Positions 1 through 9,319 of a DNA stretch of 64,000 nucleotides are shown one piece after another. Each line of letters starts with the position of its first letter. Position 1 is the first letter of the stretch. Position numbers and translations under genes: made by a program. The stretch is from Longimicrobiales bacterium (GTDB lineage: Bacteria; Gemmatimonadota; Gemmatimonadetes; Longimicrobiales; Gaopeijiaceae), in contig CBDCNQ010000005.1 of NCBI GenBank assembly GCA_965219445.1, positions 352,001 through 416,000 of the forward strand, in the 5' to 3' direction. The notes beneath the pieces were generated by a model. That model made no database searches and had not been told where the DNA came from. It saw only the letters and a list, made by a program, of their open reading frames with translations.

Positions 1-297
1 GATCCGCTGATCGATTCTCGACCTCCAATCGCGCGAGAGCCGTGACCAATCACGGCCGGTCGGCGCGCCGTCGGAAGGAAGCTTTCCTAGTTCTGTGTCG
101 ATCTCGTCGAGCGTCAGCCCAACGCGCTGCGCGAAGACGATGAACGCGATTCGTCGAAGCACGGCCCGTGGGTAGCGGCGGTGCCCCGAGCCTGCGCGCT
201 CGGACTTGATGAGTCCCCGTTCTTCATAGTAGCGCAGCGCCGACGCAGCCACGCCGCTGCGACGAGAAGCTTCACCGATGGTGATCAACTCCGACAT
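1..297 (-). CDS. soxR: Redox-sensitive MerR-family activator SoxR (3' end runs off the window)
   Basis: Manual translation MSELITIGEASRRSGVAASALRYYEERGLIKSERAGSGHRRYPRAVLRRIAFIVFAQRVGLTLDEI...PTGRDWSRLSRDWRSRIDQRI is typical SoxR; absent from the ORF track because it is partial. Confidence 0.92.
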   Translation of the reverse strand, partial: MSELITIGEASRRSGVAASALRYYEERGLIKSERAGSGHRRYPRAVLRRIAFIVFAQRVGLTLDEIDTELGKLPSDGAPTGRDWSRLSRDWRSRIDQRI

Positions 298-323
298 AAC
301 GAGGAAGGTAATCGATCAGGGCC

Positions 324-354
324 TTGACTTCAAGTTCACTTTAACTTGTACCTT
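324..354 (+). promoter_or_regulatory. SoxR-type promoter: -35 TTGACT, 19-bp spacer containing a Sox box, -10 TACCTT
   Basis: TTGACT 324-329 and TACCTT 349-354 with the long MerR-type spacer; CTTCAAGTTCACTTTAAC (328-345) resembles the E. coli Sox box CCTCAAGTTAACTTGAGG. Confidence 0.85.
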
Positions 355-413
355 TGCAGAAGATTTCATGTGGTCCCCCGAATTCCGGGGCACAAAACCA
401 AAAGGAGCAAGTG

Positions 414-1142
414 ATGACCTCCACCAACATGTCGACACTGACTGGCCTACGTGTCGCCGTCACCGGCGGCACGTCGGGCCTTGGTCTGGCGCTTGTCGAG
501 ACGCTACACGATCGGGGGGCCGCCTTGGCGTTCGTAGCTCGACAGCAAGAGCGGGTGAGCAAAGTGGCGCGACAGCACGCGCGAACTCATGGCATTGTGG
601 GCGACGTGTCACAGAAGGACGCGACCTACCCCATCGCGATGCAGATCACCGCGGCGCTCGGCGGACTCGATGTACTCATCAACAATGCATCGACGCTCGG
701 CCCGGTCCCACTCGAACTGCTGGCCGACACGGATTGCGAAGACCTGGAGGCGGCGCTGGCCACGAACGTGGTCGGCCCGTTTCGCCTCACCAAGGCCCTC
801 CTCGGGGCACTGGGCGCATCCGCCCGCGCGGGCCGACCGGCGCTGGTCGTCAACATCACCAGCGACGCGGCGGTGACGCCTTACGCGGGCTGGGGAGCGT
901 ACGGCGCGAGCAAAGCAGCACTCTTGCATATGAGCAAGATCTGGGACCAGGAACTTCAGGCACACGGAGTGCGGGTGAAGGCGATCGATCCTGGTGACAT
1001 GGACACACCTCTGCACGCCTTGGCCGTGCCCGACGCCGACCCGGCGGACCTGAAGCGACCGGCGGACGCGGCTCGGGAAATCGTCGAGTTCATCGAAGTG
1101 TTCGCCCAAAGCGCCGGAGCCACGACCGGAGCCACGATATGA
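414..1142 (+). CDS. Short-chain dehydrogenase/reductase (SDR)
   Basis: TGGTSGLG, NNAS and YGASK motifs; AGGAG RBS before ATG 414. Confidence 0.93.
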   Translation: MTSTNMSTLTGLRVAVTGGTSGLGLALVETLHDRGAALAFVARQQERVSKVARQHARTHGIVGDVSQKDATYPIAMQITAALGGLDVLINNASTLGPVPLELLADTDCEDLEAALATNVVGPFRLTKALLGALGASARAGRPALVVNITSDAAVTPYAGWGAYGASKAALLHMSKIWDQELQAHGVRVKAIDPGDMDTPLHALAVPDADPADLKRPADAAREIVEFIEVFAQSAGATTGATI

Positions 1143-2251
1143 AGGCCGCCACTACACCATCGCAGCGCCCACCCGACGCCAGGCTGCTCGTCGTTCATGC
1201 AGACGGCAGACTCGACCATGTTGCGAGGGCGCAGCTGGTTCACCACGTGTCTCCCGGCGACCTGGTCGTTGCGAACGATGCCGCCACGATACCGGCGAGC
1301 CTCGGGGGCTTCCACAACCCCAGCGGAGCGGCAATCGAGATACGATTGGCCGGTCGGCGGTCGCTGGCCGTCACCGATGTGTACAACTTCACCGCGATCG
1401 CCTTCGGCGGCGGTGATCATCGGACCCGCACGGAACACCGCGCGCCGCCTCCCGCACTTCGGATCGGCGACGCCCTGACGTTGGGACCCTTGAAGGCCAC
1501 GGTGATGAACTTGCTCGGCCACCCGCGCCTCGTAGGGCTGAGCTTCGTCGGCACCCCCGATGAGATCTGGGGCGGCATCGCAAGACACGGCAAACCGATC
1601 CAGTATGCGCACATCGACCGACCGCTAATGATGTGGGACGCCTGGACGCGGGTCGCTGCACTACCCGTCTCGTTCGAGCCGCCATCCGCGAGCTTCGTGA
1701 TCGACTGGGCGTTCCTGAAGGAACTTCAGGCACGCGGAGTCGGCTTCGCGACCTTGACGCTCGCGGCCGGAATTTCGTCGACGGGCGATACAGCTCTCGA
1801 CGCGAGGTTGCCCTTCGATGAGGCGTATCATCTGCCCCGGACGACCGTACGGGCGATCTCACGGACCAAAGCGCGAGACGGACGCGTCATTGCCCTCGGC
1901 ACTACGGTGACCCGTGCCCTGGAGCATGCGGCGTTGGATGGAGGTGCGCTGCGCCCCGGTGCCGACCTGGCCACTCAACACATCGGCGCACAGACGGGAC
2001 TCCGTGTGGTCGACGTGATCGTCAGCGGAGCACACGAACCCGGCGAGAGCCACTACCAGCTGCTGCGCGCGTTCGCGAATGACGCGGTGCTACAGCGTAT
2101 GAGTCGCGCCCTCAAACAGGATGACTATCGCTCACACGAGTTCGGTGACTCGGTGCTCATCATGCGCCAGCAGGGCGAGTCGTCGACACGCCCCTCGAGA
2201 CGGATCTGCGCCCCTAGTCTGATGGGTGGGATTCACTTGCACCTAGCCTGA
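1139..2251 (+). CDS. QueA-like SAM:tRNA ribosyltransferase-isomerase paralog
   Basis: ARLLVV, DLVVAND, RVIALGTTVTRALE and YRSHEFGD follow the QueA layout, but signature motifs diverge; ATGA overlap with the SDR. Confidence 0.85.
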   Translation: MKAATTPSQRPPDARLLVVHADGRLDHVARAQLVHHVSPGDLVVANDAATIPASLGGFHNPSGAAIEIRLAGRRSLAVTDVYNFTAIAFGGGDHRTRTEHRAPPPALRIGDALTLGPLKATVMNLLGHPRLVGLSFVGTPDEIWGGIARHGKPIQYAHIDRPLMMWDAWTRVAALPVSFEPPSASFVIDWAFLKELQARGVGFATLTLAAGISSTGDTALDARLPFDEAYHLPRTTVRAISRTKARDGRVIALGTTVTRALEHAALDGGALRPGADLATQHIGAQTGLRVVDVIVSGAHEPGESHYQLLRAFANDAVLQRMSRALKQDDYRSHEFGDSVLIMRQQGESSTRPSRRICAPSLMGGIHLHLA

Positions 2252-2279
2252 CCCAGAGATAGGATCACCAGGAAGCAAT

Positions 2280-2304
2280 CCAAGCCGCTCTCCCCCCCAG
2301 CGGC
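2280..2304 (+). repeat. 25-bp hairpin repeat, copy 1 (CCAAGCCGCTCTCCCCCCCAGCGGC)
   Basis: Identical to 3172-3196; GCCGCT/AGCGGC stem. Confidence 0.85.
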
Positions 2305-2333
2305 CGGTGGGCGTAGCGCAAGGAGAGTTCGTC

Positions 2334-3071
2334 ATGATCCGCGACCAACCTGACGGGTCATTGGCCAAACGCTTAGATCGGGCTCTAGGGAAAGAGCTAC
2401 GTAAGGCGTTCGCGAAGCGTGCCGGGGTAACTGAGTCTCAGCTTAGTCGTTGGTTGAGTGGTTCGAGAGAGCCGGGTGCGGCCCACCTCCGCAAACTGGT
2501 AAGCGCCTTGGGAATCTCCGGCCACTGGCTTCTCACGGGCGAGGGCATGATGTACGACGTCCCGAGGGTTGCCGTAAAGACGATAGGACGCATCGAGAAA
2601 GTATTGGAGGACTTCATCAAGGAAGCAGGCTCAGATGATTCTGTGTCGGAAGGCGTTCAGGAAGCGGTGGCAGGGGTTATCCCCTGGGTGGCCGACGCCC
2701 AGACGTGGGTGTTCACCTGGGTCGGGCCGCAGGTGGTGGATATGCTCGGGTATCGGCGCGAGGATTGGTACGAGAGCGATTTTTGGGCCGATCACATTCA
2801 CAGGGATGATCGGGAATCGGTCATCGAATATTGCTTAGAGCAATCTCAAACCAGTAAGCACTATGTTTTCGAATACCGTATGGTGAAAAAGGACGGCGGA
2901 GCCCTCTGGCTTCGTGATTTCGTCAGCGTGGATTACCTGAACGGGGTACCGGTCACTCTCAAGGGGGTCATGTTCGACATCTCCGACATTGAGGAGAACC
3001 GGGAGAAAGCAGAGAATCGCAGCAAACGGCTTGGACCCCACGACGAAGGTATTGGCGACGAACTCGATTGA
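2334..3071 (+). CDS. XRE-family HTH regulator fused to a PAS domain
   Basis: N-terminal FAKRAGVTESQLSRWLSGSREP...LGISGHWLLTGEG; C-terminal MLGY...FWADHIHRDDR...FEYRMVKKDGGALWLRD (PAS_3/PAC). Confidence 0.85.
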   Translation: MIRDQPDGSLAKRLDRALGKELRKAFAKRAGVTESQLSRWLSGSREPGAAHLRKLVSALGISGHWLLTGEGMMYDVPRVAVKTIGRIEKVLEDFIKEAGSDDSVSEGVQEAVAGVIPWVADAQTWVFTWVGPQVVDMLGYRREDWYESDFWADHIHRDDRESVIEYCLEQSQTSKHYVFEYRMVKKDGGALWLRDFVSVDYLNGVPVTLKGVMFDISDIEENREKAENRSKRLGPHDEGIGDELD

Positions 3072-3171
3072 GCGGGAGAGAGAAAAACCCAACCACCACG
3101 GCAAAAAATTGCCCAGAAAAGGGGTTGCCTCAGGTAGAATCTCCGTCGATCATTTGGTGACAGCATACTTG

Positions 3172-3196
3172 CCAAGCCGCTCTCCCCCCCAGCGGC
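3172..3196 (+). repeat. 25-bp hairpin repeat, copy 2
   Basis: Identical to 2280-2304; 19 bp upstream of ATG 3216. Confidence 0.85.
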
Positions 3197-3215
3197 TCGG
3201 AACGGGATCGGCATC

Positions 3216-4072
3216 ATGGCACGCGTACTCATCGTCGAAGACGAACCGACCGACCGGGTCATCTTAGCAGAACTCCTCGAGCGAATGGGTCACGAGATCT
3301 ATTTCGCCTCGGACGGCGAGGAAGCCTTCAAGACCTACTTGAAAAACAGCATCGAGATCATCATCACGGATCTTAACATGCCTCACGTTGATGGGCTGGA
3401 GTTCATCGGGTCGGTACGAGCGTTGTTTTCGCGGGCGGTGATTATCGCCGTGTCCGGCGGGGGGCCTGAACTGCTCGCTGAAGCTGAGAGGAAGGGTGCC
3501 CCCGGGCACTCAGCAAGCCCGTTGACCCCCAAGAGCTCCGCAACGCCATCGCAGAGGCGGCAGAGGCAGGCCCGGACAGCTTAGGCCGTAGGAAGGAAGA
3601 TGTAGGAGAAGATGTAGGAATGGTGGCCCCGAACGACGAGCCGCTCATCCTCATTGTCGAGGACAATCCCGACCAAGCTGCGCTAATCCAGGCGGCGTTC
3701 AAAACGAACCTGGCCGCGAGCAGGACTCATTTGGTGTTCTATGGATGGGAAGCTCAGGCGTACCTCAATAGAGGGTCGCCGTATCACGATTGGATCCGGT
3801 ATCCAGCTCCGTCGCTCATCGTGCTCGACCTCGGGCTGCCGGACATCACCGGGTTTGAGATCCTCGAGTGGATGGCCGAATCGAAATGGCTAGTGAAGAT
3901 CCCGGTCGTCGTGTTCACGGCTTCTGAAGATCCTGAGCACGAACATAGAGCCTACGGATTGGGTGTGCGTCGCTACATGCGCAAGCTCGAGGATTACGGT
4001 GCGTTGGTGGAAGCGGTCAAGCGGGAGCTGGTCCCACGGACCGAGACGAAGCAACGGAAGATTAGCGACTAA
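3216..4072 (+). CDS. Tandem receiver-domain protein split by a 1-nt frameshift near 3500 (ORFs 3216-3584 and 3620-4072)
   Basis: First REC (LIVEDE, TDLNMP, AVSG) continues in the 3620 frame as ALSKPVDPQELRNAI..., open into the second REC (LIVEDN, LDLGLP, VFTAS). Confidence 0.8.
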
Positions 4073-4914
4073 TGCGAGACGGCCACGAGTCATCCCAAGT
4101 TGCGGCGGCCCGTGCGTTTGGAGTAGTTCTGCGTCCGTGGATCGAGTCGGCGTGCTCCCTCGACTGGAAGCCATCGGATGGGTTTGGCCGCATCGTCGTG
4201 AGGGCGGCGCTGCGGCGGCAACTCGAAAGCTTGGACGTGGTCGTCGATCTGGCGGAGGGTGAACGTGGCTTTGCCGCGGTAGCTTTACTTCGCCCGTCCT
4301 GCGAGGAGCTGCTTTGGCTGCGCTATCTGACGTCGCTCAGTATCGATCGGTTCGAGCGCTTGACGATGGCCATGATCGGAACAGGTGTACTGAAGGGCCT
4401 GAAGGCGCAGGCTGGCGAGGTCGGAGAAGACTTGGTGGGAGCAATAGGCGTTGATAAGGATCTAGCTCGCTACCGGGCTACGGACGGGCAACGCCGTGAG
4501 GAATTGAAGTCGCTCGCACGCCAGTTGGGTTGGCCGAAGCGAAGCAGAAAGTATGGCGTTGAACCGAGCACTTGGTTCGTTGCGGTGAAGACGGACTCGG
4601 TGGATCTCTACAGCTTCATGTATCACGCGACGTCGCGGTACGTTCACTTTAGCCCTGTGGAGTTGGCGCGTCAGGGTTGGGGTGATCCTGGCGATCTGCG
4701 CATCGACCCAGCCAACCACGAGTCCCATTGGGGCGCCTTCTCGCTTTGCTGGGCGCCGCGTCTTCTGGCCTGGTCGGTGAACGCGTGCGTACATCATGTG
4801 GCTGATACTCAGCAGCTGGAGCCGGACTGGCCGAGGGTTCAGGAGGCGCTGGATAATCTCACGGAAATCCCCTTGGTTCCGATCATCACTTCCGATGAGG
4901 TGTATTGGGAGTGA
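4072..4914 (+). CDS. Hypothetical protein, DUF5677-like
   Basis: Helical protein with LLRPSCE and YHATSRYVH motifs. Confidence 0.6.
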   Translation: MRDGHESSQVAAARAFGVVLRPWIESACSLDWKPSDGFGRIVVRAALRRQLESLDVVVDLAEGERGFAAVALLRPSCEELLWLRYLTSLSIDRFERLTMAMIGTGVLKGLKAQAGEVGEDLVGAIGVDKDLARYRATDGQRREELKSLARQLGWPKRSRKYGVEPSTWFVAVKTDSVDLYSFMYHATSRYVHFSPVELARQGWGDPGDLRIDPANHESHWGAFSLCWAPRLLAWSVNACVHHVADTQQLEPDWPRVQEALDNLTEIPLVPIITSDEVYWE

Positions 4915-4997
4915 GTCCGAGCGATTCAGACCCTTTCCGGGTCAGCCCGCTCAGCGAGGCCCGACCCGTGGCTGCTACTTTGGATGGGAGGATGGCC

Positions 4998-5786
4998 ATG
5001 GCCGAATCGCCCCGAGGGCGTTTCGTCTGGTACGAGATGCTCACCGTGGACAAGGGCCCCACCATCGACTTCTACAAGGAGGTCGTCGGGTGGGACACGC
5101 AAGAGATGGAGGCTGGGGACCAGCCCTACACGATGTTCACCGTCGGAGAAGCCCCGGTGGGAGGAATCATGGACCTTCCCGAAGAGGCGAGGGCCGCGGG
5201 CGCGCCTCCCCACTGGCTGGCATACGTCTCCACCCCGGACACCGATGCCACCGTCGACAAGGCCAAGGAGCTGGGGGCCAAGGCCCTCATGGAGCCCATG
5301 AGCGTTCCCGAGGTGGGACGTTTGGCCGTGCTCAGCGATCCGCAGGGGGCGGTCTTCGCTGTGTTCACCGCCGCGAGTGATTCTCCCGGGCGAGACGGGC
5401 CTGCCCAGGTCGGCGAGTTCTCGTGGCACGAGCTTCTGACTTCCGACCACGAGGCGGCCTTCGATTTCTACTCGGCCCTTTTCGGCTGGGAGAAGACCAA
5501 CGCTATGGACATGGGCGAAGGGATGGGGGTCTATCAGATGTACGGGAACGGGGAACAAGAACTGGGGGGCATGTACAACCTGGGTCCGGAGATCCCTGCG
5601 CCCCCCCATTGGCTCCTCTACGCCAAGGTGCCCGACGTCGACGCCGCTGTTGAGACGGTGAAATCACTCGGTGGCCAGGTTCTCAACGGGCCCATGGACG
5701 TTCCGGGCGGAGATCGGGTCGTGCAGTGCATGGACACACAAGGAGCTGCGTTTGCGCTACACTCGAGCGGAGGTGGAGAGGCGTAG
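4998..5786 (+). CDS. Two-domain VOC/glyoxalase family protein
   Basis: GRFVWYEM...PPHWLAY...DPQGAVFA repeated twice; GGAGG RBS. Confidence 0.92.
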   Translation: MAESPRGRFVWYEMLTVDKGPTIDFYKEVVGWDTQEMEAGDQPYTMFTVGEAPVGGIMDLPEEARAAGAPPHWLAYVSTPDTDATVDKAKELGAKALMEPMSVPEVGRLAVLSDPQGAVFAVFTAASDSPGRDGPAQVGEFSWHELLTSDHEAAFDFYSALFGWEKTNAMDMGEGMGVYQMYGNGEQELGGMYNLGPEIPAPPHWLLYAKVPDVDAAVETVKSLGGQVLNGPMDVPGGDRVVQCMDTQGAAFALHSSGGGEA

Positions 5787-5941
5787 GCTCCGTTATCACT
5801 TAGGTGAGGTCGTTCTCCCGCTCAGTATTTTCCTGTTCTGCCCCGTTTGGCTGAGTTGGCACACTGGTGGCACACGAAACGGAGGTCCGGAACGGCCCCT
5901 GCGGGACGGAAGTTTCGGGGGGTTGCGCGTGGAGTGCCCCT

Positions 5942-6050
5942 CTACCTGACCCGTACGTACTTCTGGAGGTTCCGCGGGACGGGCTCACCGCCGTAAATGT
6001 TCCCCTCGCGATCCACCGCGACGAACTCTGCCCCGTTTCCGGCCAAGACG
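5942..6050 (-). pseudogene. C-terminal remnant of an NHL/beta-propeller protein
   Basis: Reverse strand reads AGNGAEFVAVDREGNIYGGEPVPRNLQKYVRVR*. Confidence 0.5.
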
Positions 6051-6103
6051 GCAGGCGCCCGAGGTTTTCGCGGAAGACCCCTCCCTCGACTTGACGGGCG
6101 CAT

Positions 6104-6144
6104 ATTGACATATAAATTGTCATTATGACAATATGATTGTCATA
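6104..6144. promoter_or_regulatory. Tandem palindromic operator 2x TGACA-N7-TGTCA, overlapping TTGACA
   Basis: Palindromes at 6106-6122 and 6126-6142, in an AT-rich patch upstream of the MarR gene. Confidence 0.8.
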
Positions 6145-6181
6145 TGCAGCCGATGCTACCCAGCCCATTGGTGAGGAACGG

Positions 6182-6670
6182 ATGGCGGACCCAGACGAGG
6201 CCCGAGAGAAGGTCAGGCAGATAGCGGCGGTAGTCGATGCCACGCGAGCGCTGTTTCACCGGTTAGGCGCCGCGGCAGACGAGGTGCATCGAGTGTCCGG
6301 GGTGACCGCAGGGCCGCGGGCGGTGCTTCAGGACCTTTATCAGAACGGGCCGCGCACGGTGCCCGCTATGGCCCGGGCGAGGCCTGTGAGCCGCCAGCAC
6401 ATCCAGGTGCTCGTGAACGGGCTTCTCGAGAGGGGTGAGGTCGAGCTCCTGCCCAATCCTGCGCACGCGCGAAGCAAACTGGTCGCGCTCACGGACGCGG
6501 GGTTGGCGTTGTTCGACGCGATCCGCCACCGGGAGGCCGAGGTGCTCGAGAGGCTACCTGTCCAGGCCAGCCCGGATGAGTTGGGCGATGCCGCCAAGGT
6601 CCTCCGTGACCTCAAGGCCGCGTGTGAAGATCCGAATTGGTTGGCCCTGATCGACCAGGCGCAAGGGTGA
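6182..6670 (+). CDS. MarR-family transcriptional regulator
   Basis: PRTVPAMARARPVSRQHIQVLVNGL...NPAHARSKLVALTDAG winged HTH. Confidence 0.9.
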   Translation: MADPDEAREKVRQIAAVVDATRALFHRLGAAADEVHRVSGVTAGPRAVLQDLYQNGPRTVPAMARARPVSRQHIQVLVNGLLERGEVELLPNPAHARSKLVALTDAGLALFDAIRHREAEVLERLPVQASPDELGDAAKVLRDLKAACEDPNWLALIDQAQG

Positions 6671-6707
6671 GGCGGATCTCGCTGATGAGCCGGAGCAACA
6701 ATCTTCG

Positions 6708-7244
6708 ATGGAGGTGCGAATGAACCATGAAGACCCCCGGGCCTCGAGCACAGCCCAAGACACGACGATCGCCCCTTTGATCAGCGCAAGTCCGGTCCAG
6801 CGCCTCATATTCCGGCCACCGAGGATTGCCGTTGGCCTGTTGGTCGGGGCGGCGCTGATCGACGGGTGGCTCGACTGGCCCCGACTCCTCGACTGGCCCT
6901 GGCGTGGCGTTGGCGCCGTGGCAGTTCTCGGCGGATTGGTGCTGACCCTTTGGTCGCTCCGACTCTTCGACGATGCCGACACCACCCATCACCCGTACGG
7001 CCGGCCGGCCGCCTTCATCCGGGGCGGCCCGTACCGCTTCAGCCGTAACCCGATGTATCTGGGCGTGACGATCTTTGTTCTGGGAGTGGGTGTTCTCGTG
7101 GGTACTCCAGCGTTGACCTTCTGCTGGCTGGTCTTCGCCTGGATCATCGACCTCCGCTTCATCCCACGGGAGGAGCGCGCACTCGTGACGCAGTTCGGCG
7201 ACGACTATGAGGAGTACCGATCCCAGGTTCGGAGGTGGCTATGA
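6708..7244 (+). CDS. Isoprenylcysteine carboxylmethyltransferase/PEMT family membrane protein
   Basis: GPYRFSRNPMYLG, EERAL...FG..Y..Y...VRRWL. Confidence 0.9.
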   Translation: MEVRMNHEDPRASSTAQDTTIAPLISASPVQRLIFRPPRIAVGLLVGAALIDGWLDWPRLLDWPWRGVGAVAVLGGLVLTLWSLRLFDDADTTHHPYGRPAAFIRGGPYRFSRNPMYLGVTIFVLGVGVLVGTPALTFCWLVFAWIIDLRFIPREERALVTQFGDDYEEYRSQVRRWL

Positions 7245-7942
7245 GAGCTGACGTCGGCGGTTCTCTGACCCGCTTCGGGTGGTGGACGCTCTTTTCCGTC
7301 TGCGCCTTCTATGGAGTCTTTGCGTTTTACATGGCCGGGCTGGAGATCCTCTTCCAAATAGGCGTTGTCGAGAAGGCTGTCTTCAGAGTCACGCCGCTCG
7401 TGTTCGTTGTCCACGCGCTCTCCGGAGGGGCCGCTCTGATCAGCGGTCCTCTGCAGTTCAACGAACCGCTGCAAAGAGAGAGGCAGAGCGCCCACCGCCG
7501 GATTGGGTACGTCTACGTGGGAGCGATTCTCATCTCGAGCATCACGGCCCTCCTCCTGACGACGACTTTTGACGTAAGTCCGGCTGCGAGAGTCGCACTA
7601 GGGGTGGTTCCCCTACTATGGCTTAGCACGACGGTGATCGCGTTGTTGCGAATCCTAGAGCGTGACGTGAAGCGACATCGAGAGTGGATGGTACGAAGCC
7701 TCTCTCTAACCCTCTTCTTCGTGACATTCAGCATCTGGGTTCCCGGACTAGAGGCCGCGGCCCTGCCGGACTCCATCAGCTATCCCTTGGGCGTGTTCCT
7801 GAGTTGGAGTCTCAATCTGCTTGCTGCCGAGCTGTGGATCCGCGGGACCAAGGTAAGATGGGCTCGTCCCCTCATACCGAAGCAGAAACGAGAACTGGGT
7901 CGTCGGCACGCTGGAGTAGGACAGGTAGTGTCCGCCCAATAG
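7241..7942 (+). CDS. DUF2306-like membrane protein
   Basis: HALSG..AL..GPLQF, HRRIGYVY and HREWMVRS motifs. Confidence 0.8.
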   Translation: MRADVGGSLTRFGWWTLFSVCAFYGVFAFYMAGLEILFQIGVVEKAVFRVTPLVFVVHALSGGAALISGPLQFNEPLQRERQSAHRRIGYVYVGAILISSITALLLTTTFDVSPAARVALGVVPLLWLSTTVIALLRILERDVKRHREWMVRSLSLTLFFVTFSIWVPGLEAAALPDSISYPLGVFLSWSLNLLAAELWIRGTKVRWARPLIPKQKRELGRRHAGVGQVVSAQ

Positions 7943-8175
7943 ACCGGCGGGCGGGGGCGAAAGCGCCGTCAGCGAGGCACTCGGTTTGCGGGATCGCCCC
8001 TCAGCCCGGTAGCCTGATCCGGCTGTTCGACTGAAACAGAAGACCGTCTCCATCCGGGATCTTCCATGACCGCGAATACCGCACGCCGGCTCAGAAGCGC
8101 CATCATAATCATGGTGGTCTGCGTCGCCAACGGGGCACAAGTTCACCTGAGGGTGAGCACGACCACGAGTCCACG

Positions 8176-9159
8176 ATGAGAGCGATTACCTACCACGCTT
8201 ACGGTTCACCCGACGTCCTCGAACTCGAGGACATCCCAAAGCCGAGCCCCAGTGACGATGAGGTCTTGATCAAGGTCCATGCGGCGACAGTGGGAACCTG
8301 GGACTGTGAATCCCGAAGTTTCACATTTCCGCTTTGGTTCTGGCTGCCCTTGCGGCTCGCCATGGGTGTCCGGAAACCGAGATGGCCGGTTCTCGGACAA
8401 GAGCTAGCCGGGGAAATCGAAGCCGTCGGCAAGGACGTAAAGGGATTCAAGAATGGCGACCAGGTTTTCGCATCGACCGGCCTGGGTTTTGGCGCTCATG
8501 CTGAATACAAGTGTCTGCCGAGCACCGGTGCGATTGCGATCAAACCCGCCAACATGAGCTATGAGGAAGCCGCCGGTATTCCGACTGGGGGGGACAACGC
8601 GCTGCACTTTCTTCGAAAGGCAGACATTCAGGGCGGAGAAAGCGTTCTCATCAATGGCGCTGGAGGAAACATCGGCGTCGTTGCGGTACAGATCGCCAAG
8701 CATTTCGGAGCTGAGGTGACTGCCGTGGACAGTACAGAGAAACTCGATATGCTACGCGCAATCGGCGCCGACCATGTCATCGATTACACGAAAGAAGACT
8801 TCACCGAGACCGGCAAAACCTACGATGTCATTCTCGACGTCGTCCCCAAGAGCTCGTTTTCTCGATGTGTCAGATCGATCAAGCCGAATGGACGCTACCT
8901 GTTGGCCAACCCGAGTTTTTTCCCGATGGTTCGAGCACTCTGGACGTCGATGACAAGCAGCAAGAAGGTCATGTTCGCGTTCGCACGCTCCAAGCAAGAG
9001 GACCTGGTCGCCCTCAAAGAACTCGTTGAGGCGGGAAAGATCCGAGCGGTCATTGATAAGCGCTTTCCGCTCGAACAAGCCGCCGAGGCTCATGCCTATG
9101 TTGATACGGGACGCAGAAAGGGAACCGTCGTCTTGACCGTTGGAGGCGGCACGATATGA
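8176..9159 (+). CDS. NAD(P)-dependent MDR-family (alcohol dehydrogenase/quinone reductase-like) oxidoreductase
   Basis: YGSPDVL, VLINGAGGNIG, IGADHVIDY, VIDKRFPLE. Confidence 0.92.
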   Translation: MRAITYHAYGSPDVLELEDIPKPSPSDDEVLIKVHAATVGTWDCESRSFTFPLWFWLPLRLAMGVRKPRWPVLGQELAGEIEAVGKDVKGFKNGDQVFASTGLGFGAHAEYKCLPSTGAIAIKPANMSYEEAAGIPTGGDNALHFLRKADIQGGESVLINGAGGNIGVVAVQIAKHFGAEVTAVDSTEKLDMLRAIGADHVIDYTKEDFTETGKTYDVILDVVPKSSFSRCVRSIKPNGRYLLANPSFFPMVRALWTSMTSSKKVMFAFARSKQEDLVALKELVEAGKIRAVIDKRFPLEQAAEAHAYVDTGRRKGTVVLTVGGGTI

Positions 9160-9195
9160 AAGCGATTGTGCTCACAGAATATGGTTCTTCAGCCC
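9156..9195 (+). pseudogene. 5' stub of a second MDR oxidoreductase
   Basis: ATGA overlap, reads MKAIVLTEYGS then loses homology. Confidence 0.55.
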
Positions 9196-9215
9196 ACTGT
9201 GTCGTATCATGATGC

Positions 9216-9248
9216 CGCTACCCCATCGAGCGTGAGCTGGGCGAAGGG
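9216..9248 (+). pseudogene. Ser/Thr kinase 5' stub
   Basis: Reads RYPIERELGEG, matching RYAIERELGEG of the kinase at 18494. Confidence 0.6.
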
Positions 9249-9319
9249 GTCATCGGCGAGGGAAGACACCCGATCAGATTGCAAACTGGCGTGCGTCCAA
9301 CAGACAGGGAGCCAAGACT

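Noticed and set aside
5800..6100. Structured ncRNA or riboswitch
   Set aside because: No recognisable family motif; largely explained by a reverse-strand gene remnant
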